The position numbers and the translations under genes were made by a program. From an uncultured bacterium (GTDB lineage Bacteria; Caldisericota; JANLFM01): 14,689 nucleotides of DNA. This document shows, in pieces, positions 1-7,855 of the stretch (positions are counted from its first letter, which is position 1; the number at the start of each line of letters is the position of its first letter). The stretch spans positions 1 through 14,689 of the forward strand of contig CAYXFH010000012.1 in assembly GCA_964464245.1 (NCBI GenBank), written 5' to 3'. Below the pieces are notes generated by a model. The model had not been told where the DNA came from. It saw nothing but the letters and a program-made list of their open reading frames with translations, and ran no database searches.

Positions 1-986
1 TCGAGCGCTCCCTCTCCGACGCCAAGCTGACCCCCAGCGAGATCGACAAGATCATCCTGGTGGGCGGTCCGACGCGGATGCCGATCGTGCAGAAGTTCGT
101 CGAAGACTTCATGAGCAAGCCGGCCGAGCGCGGCATCGACCCGATGGAGTGCGTGGCCATGGGCGCGGCCATCCAGGCCGGTGTGATCGGCGGCGAGATC
201 AAGGATGTGGTGCTGGTGGACGTGACCCCGCTCTCTCTGGGCATCGAGACCCTGGGCGGCGTCTTCACCAAGATGATCGACCGCAATACGCCCATCCCTA
301 CGCGCAAGACCCAGATTTTCACCACCGCCACCGACAATCAGCCGGCCGTGGAAGTGCATGTCCACCAGGGTGAGCGCACCATGGCCAAAGACAACATCTC
401 CCTGGGCCGCTTCATCCTGGAAGGGCTCCCCCTGGCTCCCCGCGGCGTGCCCCAGGTGGAAGTCACCTACGAGATCGACGCCAACGGCATCATCCAGGTC
501 TCAGCCAAGGACAAAGCGACCGACAAAGAGAACAGCATCACCATCACCGGCGGCACTCGCCTCTCCAAGGATGATATCGACAAGATGACCAAGGACGCCG
601 AGCGCTTCGCCGAGGAGGACCGCCAACACGCCAAGGAAGTTGAGCTGCGCAACCAAGGCGATTCGCTGGTCTACACCGGGCGCAAGACCCTCGCCGATTT
701 CAAGGGCAAGGTGGACGCGGCCAAGGTGGACGCGGCGGAGAAGGCTCTCGCTGAGCTGGAGCAGTTGCTGAAAGAGAACAAGATGGACCAAGTAGAGGCC
801 AAGATGCGCGAGGCCTCGGACCTCCTCTCCAAGATCGGAGAGGAACTCTACAAGCAACAGCAGCCCCCGCCTCCCCCACCCGGCTCTGGCCCTGGGCCGC
901 AAGCCGGGCCGAGCGGAGGTTCTCCCGCGCCGGATGCAGGCAGTGACGGCAAGACCATCGAAGGCGACTACGAGGTTAAGAAATAG
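1..986 (+). CDS. dnaK: Molecular chaperone DnaK (Hsp70), C-terminal ~328 aa; 5'-truncated by window edge (frame continues from nt 3)
   Basis: Translation from nt 3 gives ...[23 protein letters not shown]...[28 protein letters not shown]...[41 protein letters not shown]..., the canonical Hsp70 substrate-binding domain and lid. It ends in a Pro/Gly-rich tail before the stop at 984-986. The 'M' at 60 in the ORF track is an internal GTG. Confidence 0.95.
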   Translation, partial: ERSLSDAKLTPSEIDKIILVGGPTRMPIVQKFVEDFMSKPAERGIDPMECVAMGAAIQAGVIGGEIKDVVLVDVTPLSLGIETLGGVFTKMIDRNTPIPTRKTQIFTTATDNQPAVEVHVHQGERTMAKDNISLGRFILEGLPLAPRGVPQVEVTYEIDANGIIQVSAKDKATDKENSITITGGTRLSKDDIDKMTKDAERFAEEDRQHAKEVELRNQGDSLVYTGRKTLADFKGKVDAAKVDAAEKALAELEQLLKENKMDQVEAKMREASDLLSKIGEELYKQQQPPPPPPGSGPGPQAGPSGGSPAPDAGSDGKTIEGDYEVKK

Positions 987-1008
987 GCATCGCTACGGTA
1001 AACCCGTT

Positions 1009-1049
1009 CCCCAGGGGGGTTCTTCCTCCCCCTGGGGACTTTTGTTGTG
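1009..1049 (+). terminator. Intergenic GC hairpin followed by a U-rich tract (ACUUUUGUUGUG) between dnaK and dnaJ; candidate partial terminator/attenuator
   Basis: Perfect 10-bp stem CCCCAGGGGG (1009-1018) / CCCCCTGGGG (1028-1037) with a 9-nt loop, then ACTTTTGTTGTG (1038-1049). It lies 99 nt upstream of dnaJ, where intergenic attenuators are common. Confidence 0.45.
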
Positions 1050-1085
1050 CCCGCGCAAGGGTGGCGGGGGAGGCATGAAGAGAGG

Positions 1086-2219
1086 ATGAGCCCGCAGAAG
1101 GACTTCTACCAGGTGCTCGGCGTGACGCAAAGCGCCAGCGGTGAGGAGATCAAGTACGCTTACCGCCAGTTGGCCCGCCAATTCCACCCCGACTTGAACC
1201 CCGAACCCGACGCGGGCGAGAAGATGCGCGAGATCAACGAAGCCTACGAGGTCCTCTCCGACAGCGAAAAGCGCGCCCGGTATGACCAGTTCGGGACTGC
1301 CGACCAACCGCAGGGAAGCCCCTTTGGAGGCAGTTACGGCGGCGGCTTTGGCGACTTGGGGGAGATCTTCAGCGCTTTCTTCGGAGGAGGAACGCGCGCC
1401 GGGCCAGAAGTGGAGCGCGGCCCGCGCCGCGGTTCCGACCTGCGAGCCAACGCGCGCGTGACGCTGGAGGAAGTAGCCACCGGCGCCGACCGGGAGGTCT
1501 CCGTCAATCGTCTGGAACGCTGCGCCACCTGCAACGGGACCGGCGCGGAAGCGGGCAGTTTCCCAGTGACGTGCGCGCGCTGCAATGGCCGGGGGGTCAT
1601 GCGCCAAGTCAACCAGTCGCTCTTTGGCCAGTTCATCCAGGAAGTGGCCTGCCCGGACTGCCATGGCGAAGGGCAGATCATCCGCAACCCCTGCCCTGCC
1701 TGTCGGGGAAACGGGGTCAGCCGCGCCTCCCGCAAGCTGAACATCCGCATCCCGGCCGGGGCGGACGACGGCACCAAGCTCCGTCTCAACAACGAGGGGG
1801 AAGCAGGCTTTCGCGGCGGGCCGGCGGGCGACCTCTTCATCAGCCTCTCAGTGACCAAGGATCCGCGCTTCGAACGCGATGAAGCCAACCTCTTCACAAC
1901 CCTTTTTGTCCCCTACCCCACGCTCGTCTTGGGCAGCACGGTAGCGGTGCAATCGGTGTTGGAAATGCACAACCTGACCATTCCCCCTGGCACTGAGGCG
2001 GACAAGCAGTTCAACCTGCGCGGGGCCGGCCTCCCCTACTTGGGCCGGCGCGATAAGGGCGATCTCTACGTGACCGTCAAGGTGCAGGTGCCCAAGAAGC
2101 TCAGCCCGCAAGAACGCCAATTGCTGGAGCAATTAGCTGTTATCCAAAACAATGGCAATCTCTCCGCCGCAGCGAGCAAGAAAACCAGCGGTAAGAAGAA
2201 AAAGGGTCTCTTCGGCTAA
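1086..2219 (+). CDS. dnaJ: Molecular chaperone DnaJ (type I Hsp40), ~377 aa
   Basis: J-domain with HPD motif (YRQLARQFHPDLNP). Gly/Phe-rich linker (GSPFGGSYGGGFGDLGEIFSAFFGGG). Four CxxCxGxG zinc-finger repeats (CATCNGTG, CARCNGRG, CPDCHGEG, CPACRGNG). C-terminal client-binding domain. Start is taken at ATG 1086 (MSPQKDFYQVLGV) rather than the upstream in-frame codon at 1047, because a GGAGG/AGAGAGG Shine-Dalgarno (SD) sequence precedes 1086. Confidence 0.93.
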   Translation: MSPQKDFYQVLGVTQSASGEEIKYAYRQLARQFHPDLNPEPDAGEKMREINEAYEVLSDSEKRARYDQFGTADQPQGSPFGGSYGGGFGDLGEIFSAFFGGGTRAGPEVERGPRRGSDLRANARVTLEEVATGADREVSVNRLERCATCNGTGAEAGSFPVTCARCNGRGVMRQVNQSLFGQFIQEVACPDCHGEGQIIRNPCPACRGNGVSRASRKLNIRIPAGADDGTKLRLNNEGEAGFRGGPAGDLFISLSVTKDPRFERDEANLFTTLFVPYPTLVLGSTVAVQSVLEMHNLTIPPGTEADKQFNLRGAGLPYLGRRDKGDLYVTVKVQVPKKLSPQERQLLEQLAVIQNNGNLSAAASKKTSGKKKKGLFG

Positions 2220-2256
2220 TGGGGACAGCCAAAACCAATGGGGACAGAATTGAGCT

Positions 2257-2297
2257 AAACCAATGGGGACAGATTTGAAATCTGTCCCCATTGGTTT
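2257..2297. repeat. Perfect 20-bp-arm inverted repeat AACCAATGGGGACAGATTT-g-AAATCTGTCCCCATTGGTT, preceded by two extra direct half-sites ATGGGGACAG at 2219-2230 and 2238-2249; copy 1 of a dispersed palindromic element
   Basis: Read directly: arms 2257-2276 and 2278-2297 are exact reverse complements. It sits between the convergent 3' ends of dnaJ (stop 2219) and the yeaQ-like gene (stop 2308). The same core recurs at 5369-5438, 11131-11175 and 11990-12026. Confidence 0.8.
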
Positions 2298-2307
2298 CCA
2301 TTAGCGA

Positions 2308-2565
2308 TTAGAGCAAGCGGCGATAGCTGAAGAGACGCACCATCCAGAAGAAAAGGAAAGCGCCCCCTCCAGCGGCGAGAAGGACGGCCCAATGCGTGGC
2401 TCTCCAGTGGCCCAGGGTGGTTGCCAGGTAGGCGGCGATCAGCGCTCCGGTGACGCTGAGGATCAGCGTCTCCATGAACTGCAAGCCGCGGCGGATGGGA
2501 AAGAGGAAATGACAGAAGACCGTCACCCCAAACCCGACCAGCGCCCACCAGAGCCAGTTGCTCAT
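2308..2565 (-). CDS. GlsB/YeaQ/YmgE-family (transglycosylase-associated) small stress membrane protein, 85 aa
   Basis: Hydrophobic helices with a Gly-rich pattern (LILSVTGALIAAYLATTLG, VLLAAGGGAFLFFWMV) typical of PF04226. The start lies 7 nt downstream of the pmbA stop, suggesting an operon. Confidence 0.65.
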   Translation of the reverse strand: MSNWLWWALVGFGVTVFCHFLFPIRRGLQFMETLILSVTGALIAAYLATTLGHWRATHWAVLLAAGGGAFLFFWMVRLFSYRRLL

Positions 2566-2572
2566 CCCGGCC

Positions 2573-3913
2573 TCAGTAGGTCGTCTGTCCGTTGAAGGTG
2601 AAAGCCCTCACCTTGAGGGCAGGGACCAGGTTCCCGCCGAAGAAACCGGCCTGCAGCTTCCGCTCGAAGCCGATCAGTTGGGCTTCCTTCAGGGCGCCTA
2701 GGATGGATGAGGTGAAGCGCAAGTTGCAGAGGGGCGCGGTGATCCGGCCGTGATCGATCTTGAAGGTGCCGTCGCGGGTCATCCCGGTGATCAGGGTCAG
2801 TTTTGGGTGAACCGGCCGGACGTACCAGAGGCGAGTTACCAGTACGCCGTCCTCGGTGTCGGCGATCATCTCCTCGATCGTAGCGTTCCCAGGGGCCATC
2901 ACCATGTTCAAGGGCAAGGGTCCAAATCCGTTCGGCTGGGGCAAGGCATGCCCGGTGGAACGCTTCCCCTCCAGATTGGCGGTGAAGGAATCATAGACGA
3001 CGCCCATAGCCACGCCGTTCTCGATGAGGGCGACTTTTTCCTTGGGCTGCCCCTCGAAGTCAAAAGGAACGATCCAGCCTTCCGGGTGCAACCCGTCATC
3101 CCAAATGGAGATGTTCTCCGCCGCCACCGGTTGACCCATGGAGTCGCTCATGAAGGAGCGCTTCTCCTGATAGGACAAGGCGCCCAGCCCCATGTAGCCG
3201 AGGTAATCCAGCATCTCAGCCACAGCGTAGGGCAAGAAGACCGCTTCCATCTCCTTCACTTCGGTAAGCTGGGGATCCTGGGCGCTGAGGGCGCGCTCCA
3301 GCGCTTCCTCGGCCACTGCCTCCACGTCGATCGCAGCAACTGATGTGCCGTGGCGGTCGGCGTACCCGGCCGAGGTCGGGGAGAGAAGGACGGTAGAGAG
3401 GGAGGCGCGGGTGGCTTCGGTGTAGGCTTCCACCCCCAGGGAGTTAACCACGCCCAGTTTGTAGACGCTGGTGGAGAAAGCGCCCGAGGCTTTCACCGGA
3501 TGACCCTTCAGCTTGGCCACCAGCTTGGCCACTCCCTCGGCTCGCTCCTCCGGGGAATAGCGGGCGGTGCGCCCTACGAAAGCGCCGGCCGGGGCGGGAA
3601 GGATCGCTTGCGGGCCGGGCAAGCTCTTGAACTCGCTGTTCTTCGGGGAAAGGCGAGCGATTTCGGCAGCCAACCGCACTGTCTTGACTACCTCTTCCGG
3701 GTCCAAGCGGTTGGTGGAGGCGATGCCGATGCGTTGATCTACTACCAGGCGAACGGTCAGGGTGGCATCCTCCTGGCTGGTGTTCTGGTGGATGATGGAG
3801 TTGGCGAAACGCGTTAGTTGTTCGTCCTGAACAGTCAGCACGGCTTCCGCCTGGTCGGCCTGGCTGGCGGCCAGGGCTTGCTTAAGGATAGAGAGGATCT
3901 CGTCGCGCTTCAT
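2573..3913 (-). CDS. pmbA: PmbA/TldE-family metalloprotease partner subunit, 446 aa
   Basis: Length and sequence are typical of the TldE/PmbA family, which lacks HExxxH. It is paired with tldD directly upstream, and its ATG (3913-3911) overlaps the tldD TGA (3912-3910) as ATGA. Confidence 0.82.
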   Translation of the reverse strand: MKRDEILSILKQALAASQADQAEAVLTVQDEQLTRFANSIIHQNTSQEDATLTVRLVVDQRIGIASTNRLDPEEVVKTVRLAAEIARLSPKNSEFKSLPGPQAILPAPAGAFVGRTARYSPEERAEGVAKLVAKLKGHPVKASGAFSTSVYKLGVVNSLGVEAYTEATRASLSTVLLSPTSAGYADRHGTSVAAIDVEAVAEEALERALSAQDPQLTEVKEMEAVFLPYAVAEMLDYLGYMGLGALSYQEKRSFMSDSMGQPVAAENISIWDDGLHPEGWIVPFDFEGQPKEKVALIENGVAMGVVYDSFTANLEGKRSTGHALPQPNGFGPLPLNMVMAPGNATIEEMIADTEDGVLVTRLWYVRPVHPKLTLITGMTRDGTFKIDHGRITAPLCNLRFTSSILGALKEAQLIGFERKLQAGFFGGNLVPALKVRAFTFNGQTTY

Positions 3914-5370
3914 TTCTTCACTCCTACCTGCACATTGCGGAAACGGGCCGGGGACGCCCCGTGCCCCACGTGCATGCTCTGGGGTGGCTGTCCTTTGCCG
4001 CAGTTGGTAAGACCCCAGAGGAACCAGGAATTCTCGTCGGCGACGGCATCGCAGGAGTTCCAGAACTGAGGCGTCATCCCGGTGTAGGTGGCGTTCTTAA
4101 CAGGCGCTCCCAGCTTGCCTCCCTCGATCTCGTAGGCGATCTCTGTGCCGAACTGGAAGTTCAGGCGTTTGTCGTCGATCGACCAGCTCTTGTTGGTGAT
4201 CAGGTAGAGGCCGTGCTCGGTGTCGGCGATCAGTTCCTCGAAGGGTATCGTCCCAGGCCGGATGCTGATGTTGGTCATGCGGATGATCGGCATCCGCCCC
4301 CAGCCGTCGGCTCGCATCGCCGCCGAGTTCTTCAGCCCCAGCGCAGCGGCTGTCTCGCGGCTGGTCAGGTAACCAATGAAGAGCCCTTCTTTGACCAAAT
4401 CCACCGACTGGGCGGGAAATCCCTCATCATCATAGGCGAAGGTCCCCAGGCCGCCGGGGATGGTGGCGTCGGCATAGATGGTGACATGCTTGGAGCCGTA
4501 CTGCAGCTTGCCTAGAAGGTCCGGCATCATGAAGCTTGTGCCGGCGAAGGAGGCCTCGGTTCCCAAGACCCGATCCAGCTCGGTTGGGTGTCCGCAGGAT
4601 TCATGGATCTGCAAGCCTAACTGACTGGAATCGAGGATGATATCGATCTCGCCGGAGGGACAAGGCTTGGCGGTCAAGAGCGAGACGGCTTCCTGCCCGA
4701 TGCGCTCGGCATTCTCCAGCAAGCCCAAAGTGGCGATGAACTCGTATCCCAAGGCCCGCACGTTCCCCCCCATCGAGTTGGGGAAAGAGCGGATCTGCAT
4801 GTCGTTCTCGCCCACAGCGTAGGCTTCCAGGCCGCCGCCGGACTCCACCTTGTGCTGTTCGATGAACGACCCTTCCGAGGAGGCGAAGATCTTCCGCTCC
4901 TTCCAGAAGTCCAGGCTGGCGCGGGAGATGGTCACCCCCGGCACAGCCCGCACCTTGTCGTCGACTTGGGTCAGGAACTGGATCTTCTCCTCCAGTGGAA
5001 CATGGAAGGGGTCGATCCGGCAGTCAGCGGGGAGATAGGCCTCCACTGCCAGTAGAGGTTCCAGGACCACGTCGCGCTCTTTGACGCGGGCTGATGCTTC
5101 GGCGATGCGCACAGCCAAAGCGGTGATCTCTTCCACCTTCCGGCCGGTGAGCGTGCGGGAGCTAGCGAAACCCCAGGCGCCGTTCTTCAGGACGCGCACC
5201 CCAAAACCTGCATCCAAGCCGTTGGCGATCGACTCCACATTCCCCAACTTCAAGGCCAGACTCTGCTGTTCGCGTCGGATGATGCGGATGTCGGCATAGG
5301 CACAGCTTAACTTCTTGGCTGTGCTCAGGCACAATTCAGTGAACTCGCGCAAATGATACTCCTTTCGCAT
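3910..5370 (-). CDS. tldD: TldD-family zinc metalloprotease, 486 aa
   Basis: Contains the IHESCGHPTELD (HExxxH-like) metal site. The C-terminal segment ...TNCGKGQPPQSMHVGHGASPARFRNVQVG resembles the E. coli TldD C-terminus. It has a 4-nt overlap with pmbA. Confidence 0.86.
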   Translation of the reverse strand: MRKEYHLREFTELCLSTAKKLSCAYADIRIIRREQQSLALKLGNVESIANGLDAGFGVRVLKNGAWGFASSRTLTGRKVEEITALAVRIAEASARVKERDVVLEPLLAVEAYLPADCRIDPFHVPLEEKIQFLTQVDDKVRAVPGVTISRASLDFWKERKIFASSEGSFIEQHKVESGGGLEAYAVGENDMQIRSFPNSMGGNVRALGYEFIATLGLLENAERIGQEAVSLLTAKPCPSGEIDIILDSSQLGLQIHESCGHPTELDRVLGTEASFAGTSFMMPDLLGKLQYGSKHVTIYADATIPGGLGTFAYDDEGFPAQSVDLVKEGLFIGYLTSRETAAALGLKNSAAMRADGWGRMPIIRMTNISIRPGTIPFEELIADTEHGLYLITNKSWSIDDKRLNFQFGTEIAYEIEGGKLGAPVKNATYTGMTPQFWNSCDAVADENSWFLWGLTNCGKGQPPQSMHVGHGASPARFRNVQVGVKK

Positions 5371-5438
5371 GGGGGGAACAGATTTGACCTCCGGTCTATC
5401 CGGAAATCTGTCCCCATACTATTAAAATCTGTCCCGAT
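5369..5438. repeat. Degenerate copy 2 of the palindromic element: ATGGGG(gga)ACAGATTTGA - 18-nt GC-rich loop (CCTCCGGTCTATCCGG) - GAAATCTGTCCCCAT, plus an extra half-site AAATCTGTCCCGAT at 5425-5438
   Basis: Read directly. It overlaps and abuts the tldD start codon (5370-5368) and lies downstream of the small-TM/DUF2207 genes. Confidence 0.7.
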
Positions 5439-5451
5439 ACTGTCTGTTGGC

Positions 5452-5718
5452 TTAGGGCTTCGTCTCGGGGTCTCCTCCCCTCTTTCCCTCCGCGCGTGCG
5501 GGGGCAAAATCGGCATCAAGCTGCGCCGCTTGGCGCAGTTCCTCCTCCTCACGGCGCGCCTCGCGTCGAAGAAGAAGGCCGGCTATAAGCAGCGCGACAG
5601 CCGGGATAGCCAGCGGCCACCAGGCGCCCGGCCAGGCGAGGAGATAGCCGAGGGCTATCAATAGGAACAACAGGGCGGAGAGAAGAACAGTTAGGGAAGC
5701 CCAGCGGCTAACCCGCAC
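5452..5718 (-). CDS. Hypothetical small membrane protein (~88 aa): two predicted TM helices followed by a charged Arg/Glu-rich tail; possible GTG start overlapping the DUF2207 stop
   Basis: Supported portion of ORF 5452..5991: VRVSRWASLTVLLSALLFLLIALGYLLAWPGAWWPLAIPAVALLIAGLLLRREARREEEELRQAAQLDADFAPARAEGKRGGDPETKP. The upstream part of that ORF is an alternate frame of the DUF2207 C-terminus and is not counted. GTG at 5718-5716 is preceded by GGAGGAGGGGG, which comes from the poly-Gly codons of the upstream gene. Confidence 0.35.
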   Translation of the reverse strand: MRVSRWASLTVLLSALLFLLIALGYLLAWPGAWWPLAIPAVALLIAGLLLRREARREEEELRQAAQLDADFAPARAEGKRGGDPETKP

Positions 5719-7516
5719 CGCTGCCCCCTCCTCCTCCCCCGCCGCCGCCTCCTCCGGAGAAACCGCCCCCTCCTCCGCCCGAGGAGCTGGATCTTTCCGC
5801 TGTGAATGCCGTGCTGACGCGGGCGCCGAAATCGTTGAAGGAGTTCTGCAGCGCTTGTCCGAATTGGCTGCTTCCGCCCATCGCGGAGCTGCCGTAGGCG
5901 CCGGCGTAAGCCCACACCCACCAGGAGGGTGCGTAGAAGTCTGGCCGCGCGGCGAAGGAGGCCACCCAGCCCTTCTCGATGCCGAAGACAATGGCGTAGG
6001 GCAAGTATTCCGAGAAGATCGTGCTGGAATCGCGCAAGGCCGGCCGCTTTTCCAGCTCCAGCATGTACTGCATGAAGGCCTTCCAGGCGGACAGCTCGCG
6101 CGCGCCGGTATAGCTGCGACGCGGCATCGCTGAGCCGAAACCTAGGACAAAGAAGGAAGCGAAGATCAACCCGATGCCCAGGATAAAGACCTGGAAGAAG
6201 AAGAGAGCGATCCCGCCAAAAAGCATCAGCGTGCCGATCCCGCTATAGGTGGCTCGGACTCTGCCGGGATCGGCATCGAAGAAGCGGTAGGGAGCCAGGT
6301 AGGCCCAGATCTCCTTCTGGAAACTGCTCACGTAGGCGGAGAGGGCATGCGCCATGGCGGAGAGAGTGGTGGTCTGCACGTGGGCGCCGAAGAGCAGGTT
6401 GAAGAGGAAACTCTCGTAGGGCTGTAGATCCTGGTCCTCTTTCAGCTTGGTCAGGCGAAAGTCCGCTCCCTCTTGCTCCATCTTCAGGTACCCCTTATGA
6501 GCCAAGTCGAAGATCGTCGCCTGGATCCCTTTCTGGGTGGAAGCTTGGCGCCAGAGCGCATCCACCCCGGCCGGGCGTAATGCGGTGGGGGGGCCGGAGA
6601 TCATCGCCGTGGAGGGCGGCATGCGCAGCTCGCGCCCCTTGGTCCACCACTGATAGATCATCCAGATGGGAACCAGCGAGGCAATGGCGATCGCTAAAAT
6701 GTACTGCGCATCCAACCAGAAGCGGCGCCACCATGCGGCGTTGTCCTGGGCCTTCTGTTCTTGCTGCACTTGGGGGAGAATGGATTGGCTGGAGCGGCTC
6801 ATGCCGGAGGGAAGGGAGACCAACCCTTGCGGGAAGAGCAGGCGCGCCTCCAGCCCCACCCCCTCGTCGAGGGTGGATTCCAGTTGGATGGTCGCGCCGT
6901 CAACGATGGTCACCTTACCGCTTCCCGGGGCCGGACCGTACGCCCAAACCAGCAATTGCTCCTTCGTAGCGCCGGCGGGCAAATGGATGGCGACCCGCGC
7001 CTGCTCCATGGGTTTCTCGTGGTCGGCCCCGATGAACTTGAAATAGAGCTGGTCGTAGTCCTGCCAGAAGCTGATCGCGCCGCGCCGCGCGGCGCCCACC
7101 AAGCGGTAGCCGATCACCCAACTGTGGGTGGAGTTGGTGTAATCGAAATTCCAGCGGATGGTCACGCGGGAACCCTCGTCGGTGACGCTGTAAACGCCTG
7201 GAGCAGTGCCGGCGTCACGACGGTAGACAGTCCCGCTCGGCTCGCGCACGCTGACCTGGTCCACACCTTCGATCTGGTCCTTGACGATGTAGAGGTAGGC
7301 GAAATGGTAATTCCCCTCGAAGCGCAGGCTCCGCGTCTCTTCTACCAAGAGGTTCCCGTCCGCTTGCACTTGAACCTGGAGGGAAACATCAGTCCAGATG
7401 TAGTCCTTGGCTTGGACGCCAGTGGGCAGGATGAACAGGAGGCACGACGACATCACTGCAAGGAGGAGCGATAGCAAAGCCAGGCGCCTCAAGCGACCGC
7501 GGGTTATTCTTCTCAT
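5708..7516 (-). CDS. DUF2207-family predicted membrane protein (signal peptide, extracytoplasmic N-domain, central TM helices, Gly-rich C-terminal tail), 602 aa
   Basis: N-terminal signal peptide (MRRITRGRLRRLALLSLLLAVMSSCLLF). TM segments lie around residues 270-290 and 420-470. The C-terminal SSSSGGGGGGFSGGGGGGGGGGGSGAG tail is characteristic of DUF2207 proteins. Start ATG 7516-7514 is preceded by AAGGAG. Confidence 0.75.
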   Translation of the reverse strand: MRRITRGRLRRLALLSLLLAVMSSCLLFILPTGVQAKDYIWTDVSLQVQVQADGNLLVEETRSLRFEGNYHFAYLYIVKDQIEGVDQVSVREPSGTVYRRDAGTAPGVYSVTDEGSRVTIRWNFDYTNSTHSWVIGYRLVGAARRGAISFWQDYDQLYFKFIGADHEKPMEQARVAIHLPAGATKEQLLVWAYGPAPGSGKVTIVDGATIQLESTLDEGVGLEARLLFPQGLVSLPSGMSRSSQSILPQVQQEQKAQDNAAWWRRFWLDAQYILAIAIASLVPIWMIYQWWTKGRELRMPPSTAMISGPPTALRPAGVDALWRQASTQKGIQATIFDLAHKGYLKMEQEGADFRLTKLKEDQDLQPYESFLFNLLFGAHVQTTTLSAMAHALSAYVSSFQKEIWAYLAPYRFFDADPGRVRATYSGIGTLMLFGGIALFFFQVFILGIGLIFASFFVLGFGSAMPRRSYTGARELSAWKAFMQYMLELEKRPALRDSSTIFSEYLPYAIVFGIEKGWVASFAARPDFYAPSWWVWAYAGAYGSSAMGGSSQFGQALQNSFNDFGARVSTAFTAERSSSSGGGGGGFSGGGGGGGGGGGSGAG

Positions 7517-7576
7517 CTTCGCTCCTTTCCCAGCGGGATCTCTCCCATTATACTCAGAACGCCCTGCCGGGGGCTA
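7517..7576 (-). promoter_or_regulatory. Candidate promoter/operator of the DUF2207 gene: SD AAGGAG, -10 TATAAT, and the 19-mer TAGCCCCCGGCAGGGCGTT over the -35 position
   Basis: Minus strand reads ...TAGCCCCCGGCAGGGCGTTCTGAGTATAATGGGAGAGATCCCGCTGGGAAAGGAGCGAAGATG. TATAAT is the reverse complement of 7547-7552 and AAGGAG the reverse complement of 7522-7527. The 19-mer (7558-7576) recurs exactly at 11663-11681. Confidence 0.4.
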
Positions 7577-7600
7577 TTATGTTGCCGGGGGCTATCATTG

Positions 7601-7660
7601 TTTAGTGGTTTAGTAGCCAAGTGGTCAAGTGGTCAAGTGGTCAAGTGGTCAAGTAAAAAA
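7601..7660. repeat. Tandem 8-mer repeat (GTGGTCAA x4 perfect at 7621-7652, with degenerate units either side: tttagtgg/tttagtag/ccaagtgg/.../tcaagtaa)
   Basis: Read directly. The 8-bp periodicity suggests a slippage-prone microsatellite. The reverse complement gives four overlapping TTGACC motifs. Confidence 0.85.
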
Positions 7661-7771
7661 ACAAATCTTGATCTTACTCATACTCAACTGCTTTATTACT
7701 CACTTTGAATCACCTATTTACTCAGTTGCTTAACTACTTAATTACTTGATTACTTGATTACTTAACTGCTC
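7661..7771. other. AT-rich island (~30% GC in a ~63% GC context) with AGTAA/TACTCA and GATTACTT x3 short repeats; non-coding
   Basis: Stop codons occur in all frames. It is flanked by 20-nt direct repeats ATGTTGCCGGGGGCTATCAT at 7579-7598 and 7772-7791. Confidence 0.8.
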
Positions 7772-7777
7772 ATGTTG

Positions 7778-7855
7778 CCGGGGGCTATCATGGCGCCGCG
7801 GGGTATGATGCTACCGGGGGCTATCATGGCGCCGCGGGTTATCATGGCGCCGCGC
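7778..7855. repeat. GC-rich direct repeats CCGGGGGCTATCATGGCGCCGCGGG (x2, 7778-7802 and 7814-7838) plus a partial third copy TATCATGGCGCCGCG; they encode the last ~14 aa of the upstream ORF
   Basis: Read directly. CCGGGGGCTAT occurs 4 times between 7567 and 7824 and once more at 11672. Confidence 0.8.

Noticed and set aside
987-1085. CIRCE (TTAGCACTC-N9-GAGTGCTAA) or HAIR heat-shock operators near dnaK/dnaJ
   Set aside because: Neither motif is present between dnaK and dnaJ. The dnaK promoter region lies outside the window.
5353-5664. 103-aa plus-strand ORF (MILLSHGGNRFDLRSIRKSVPILLKSVPIL...)
   Set aside because: Its N-terminus is a translation of the palindromic element (the same KSVPI peptide arises from every copy), and the rest is antisense to the small membrane-protein ORF.
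5719-5991. N-terminal 90 aa of ORF 5452..5991 (-)
   Set aside because: This part is an alternate reading frame of the DUF2207 C-terminal region and is Pro/Arg/Ala-rich. Only the part downstream of the DUF2207 stop (from GTG 5718) is considered plausibly coding.
6580-7474. Plus-strand ORFs 6580..6969, 6666..7046, 6761..7474 and minus ORF 6495..6734
   Set aside because: They are antisense or alternate-frame shadows within the DUF2207 CDS.
7621-7652. Tandem GTGGTCAA x4 considered as a CRISPR-like array
   Set aside because: The units are 8 bp with no spacers, so this is a simple microsatellite and not a repeat-spacer architecture.
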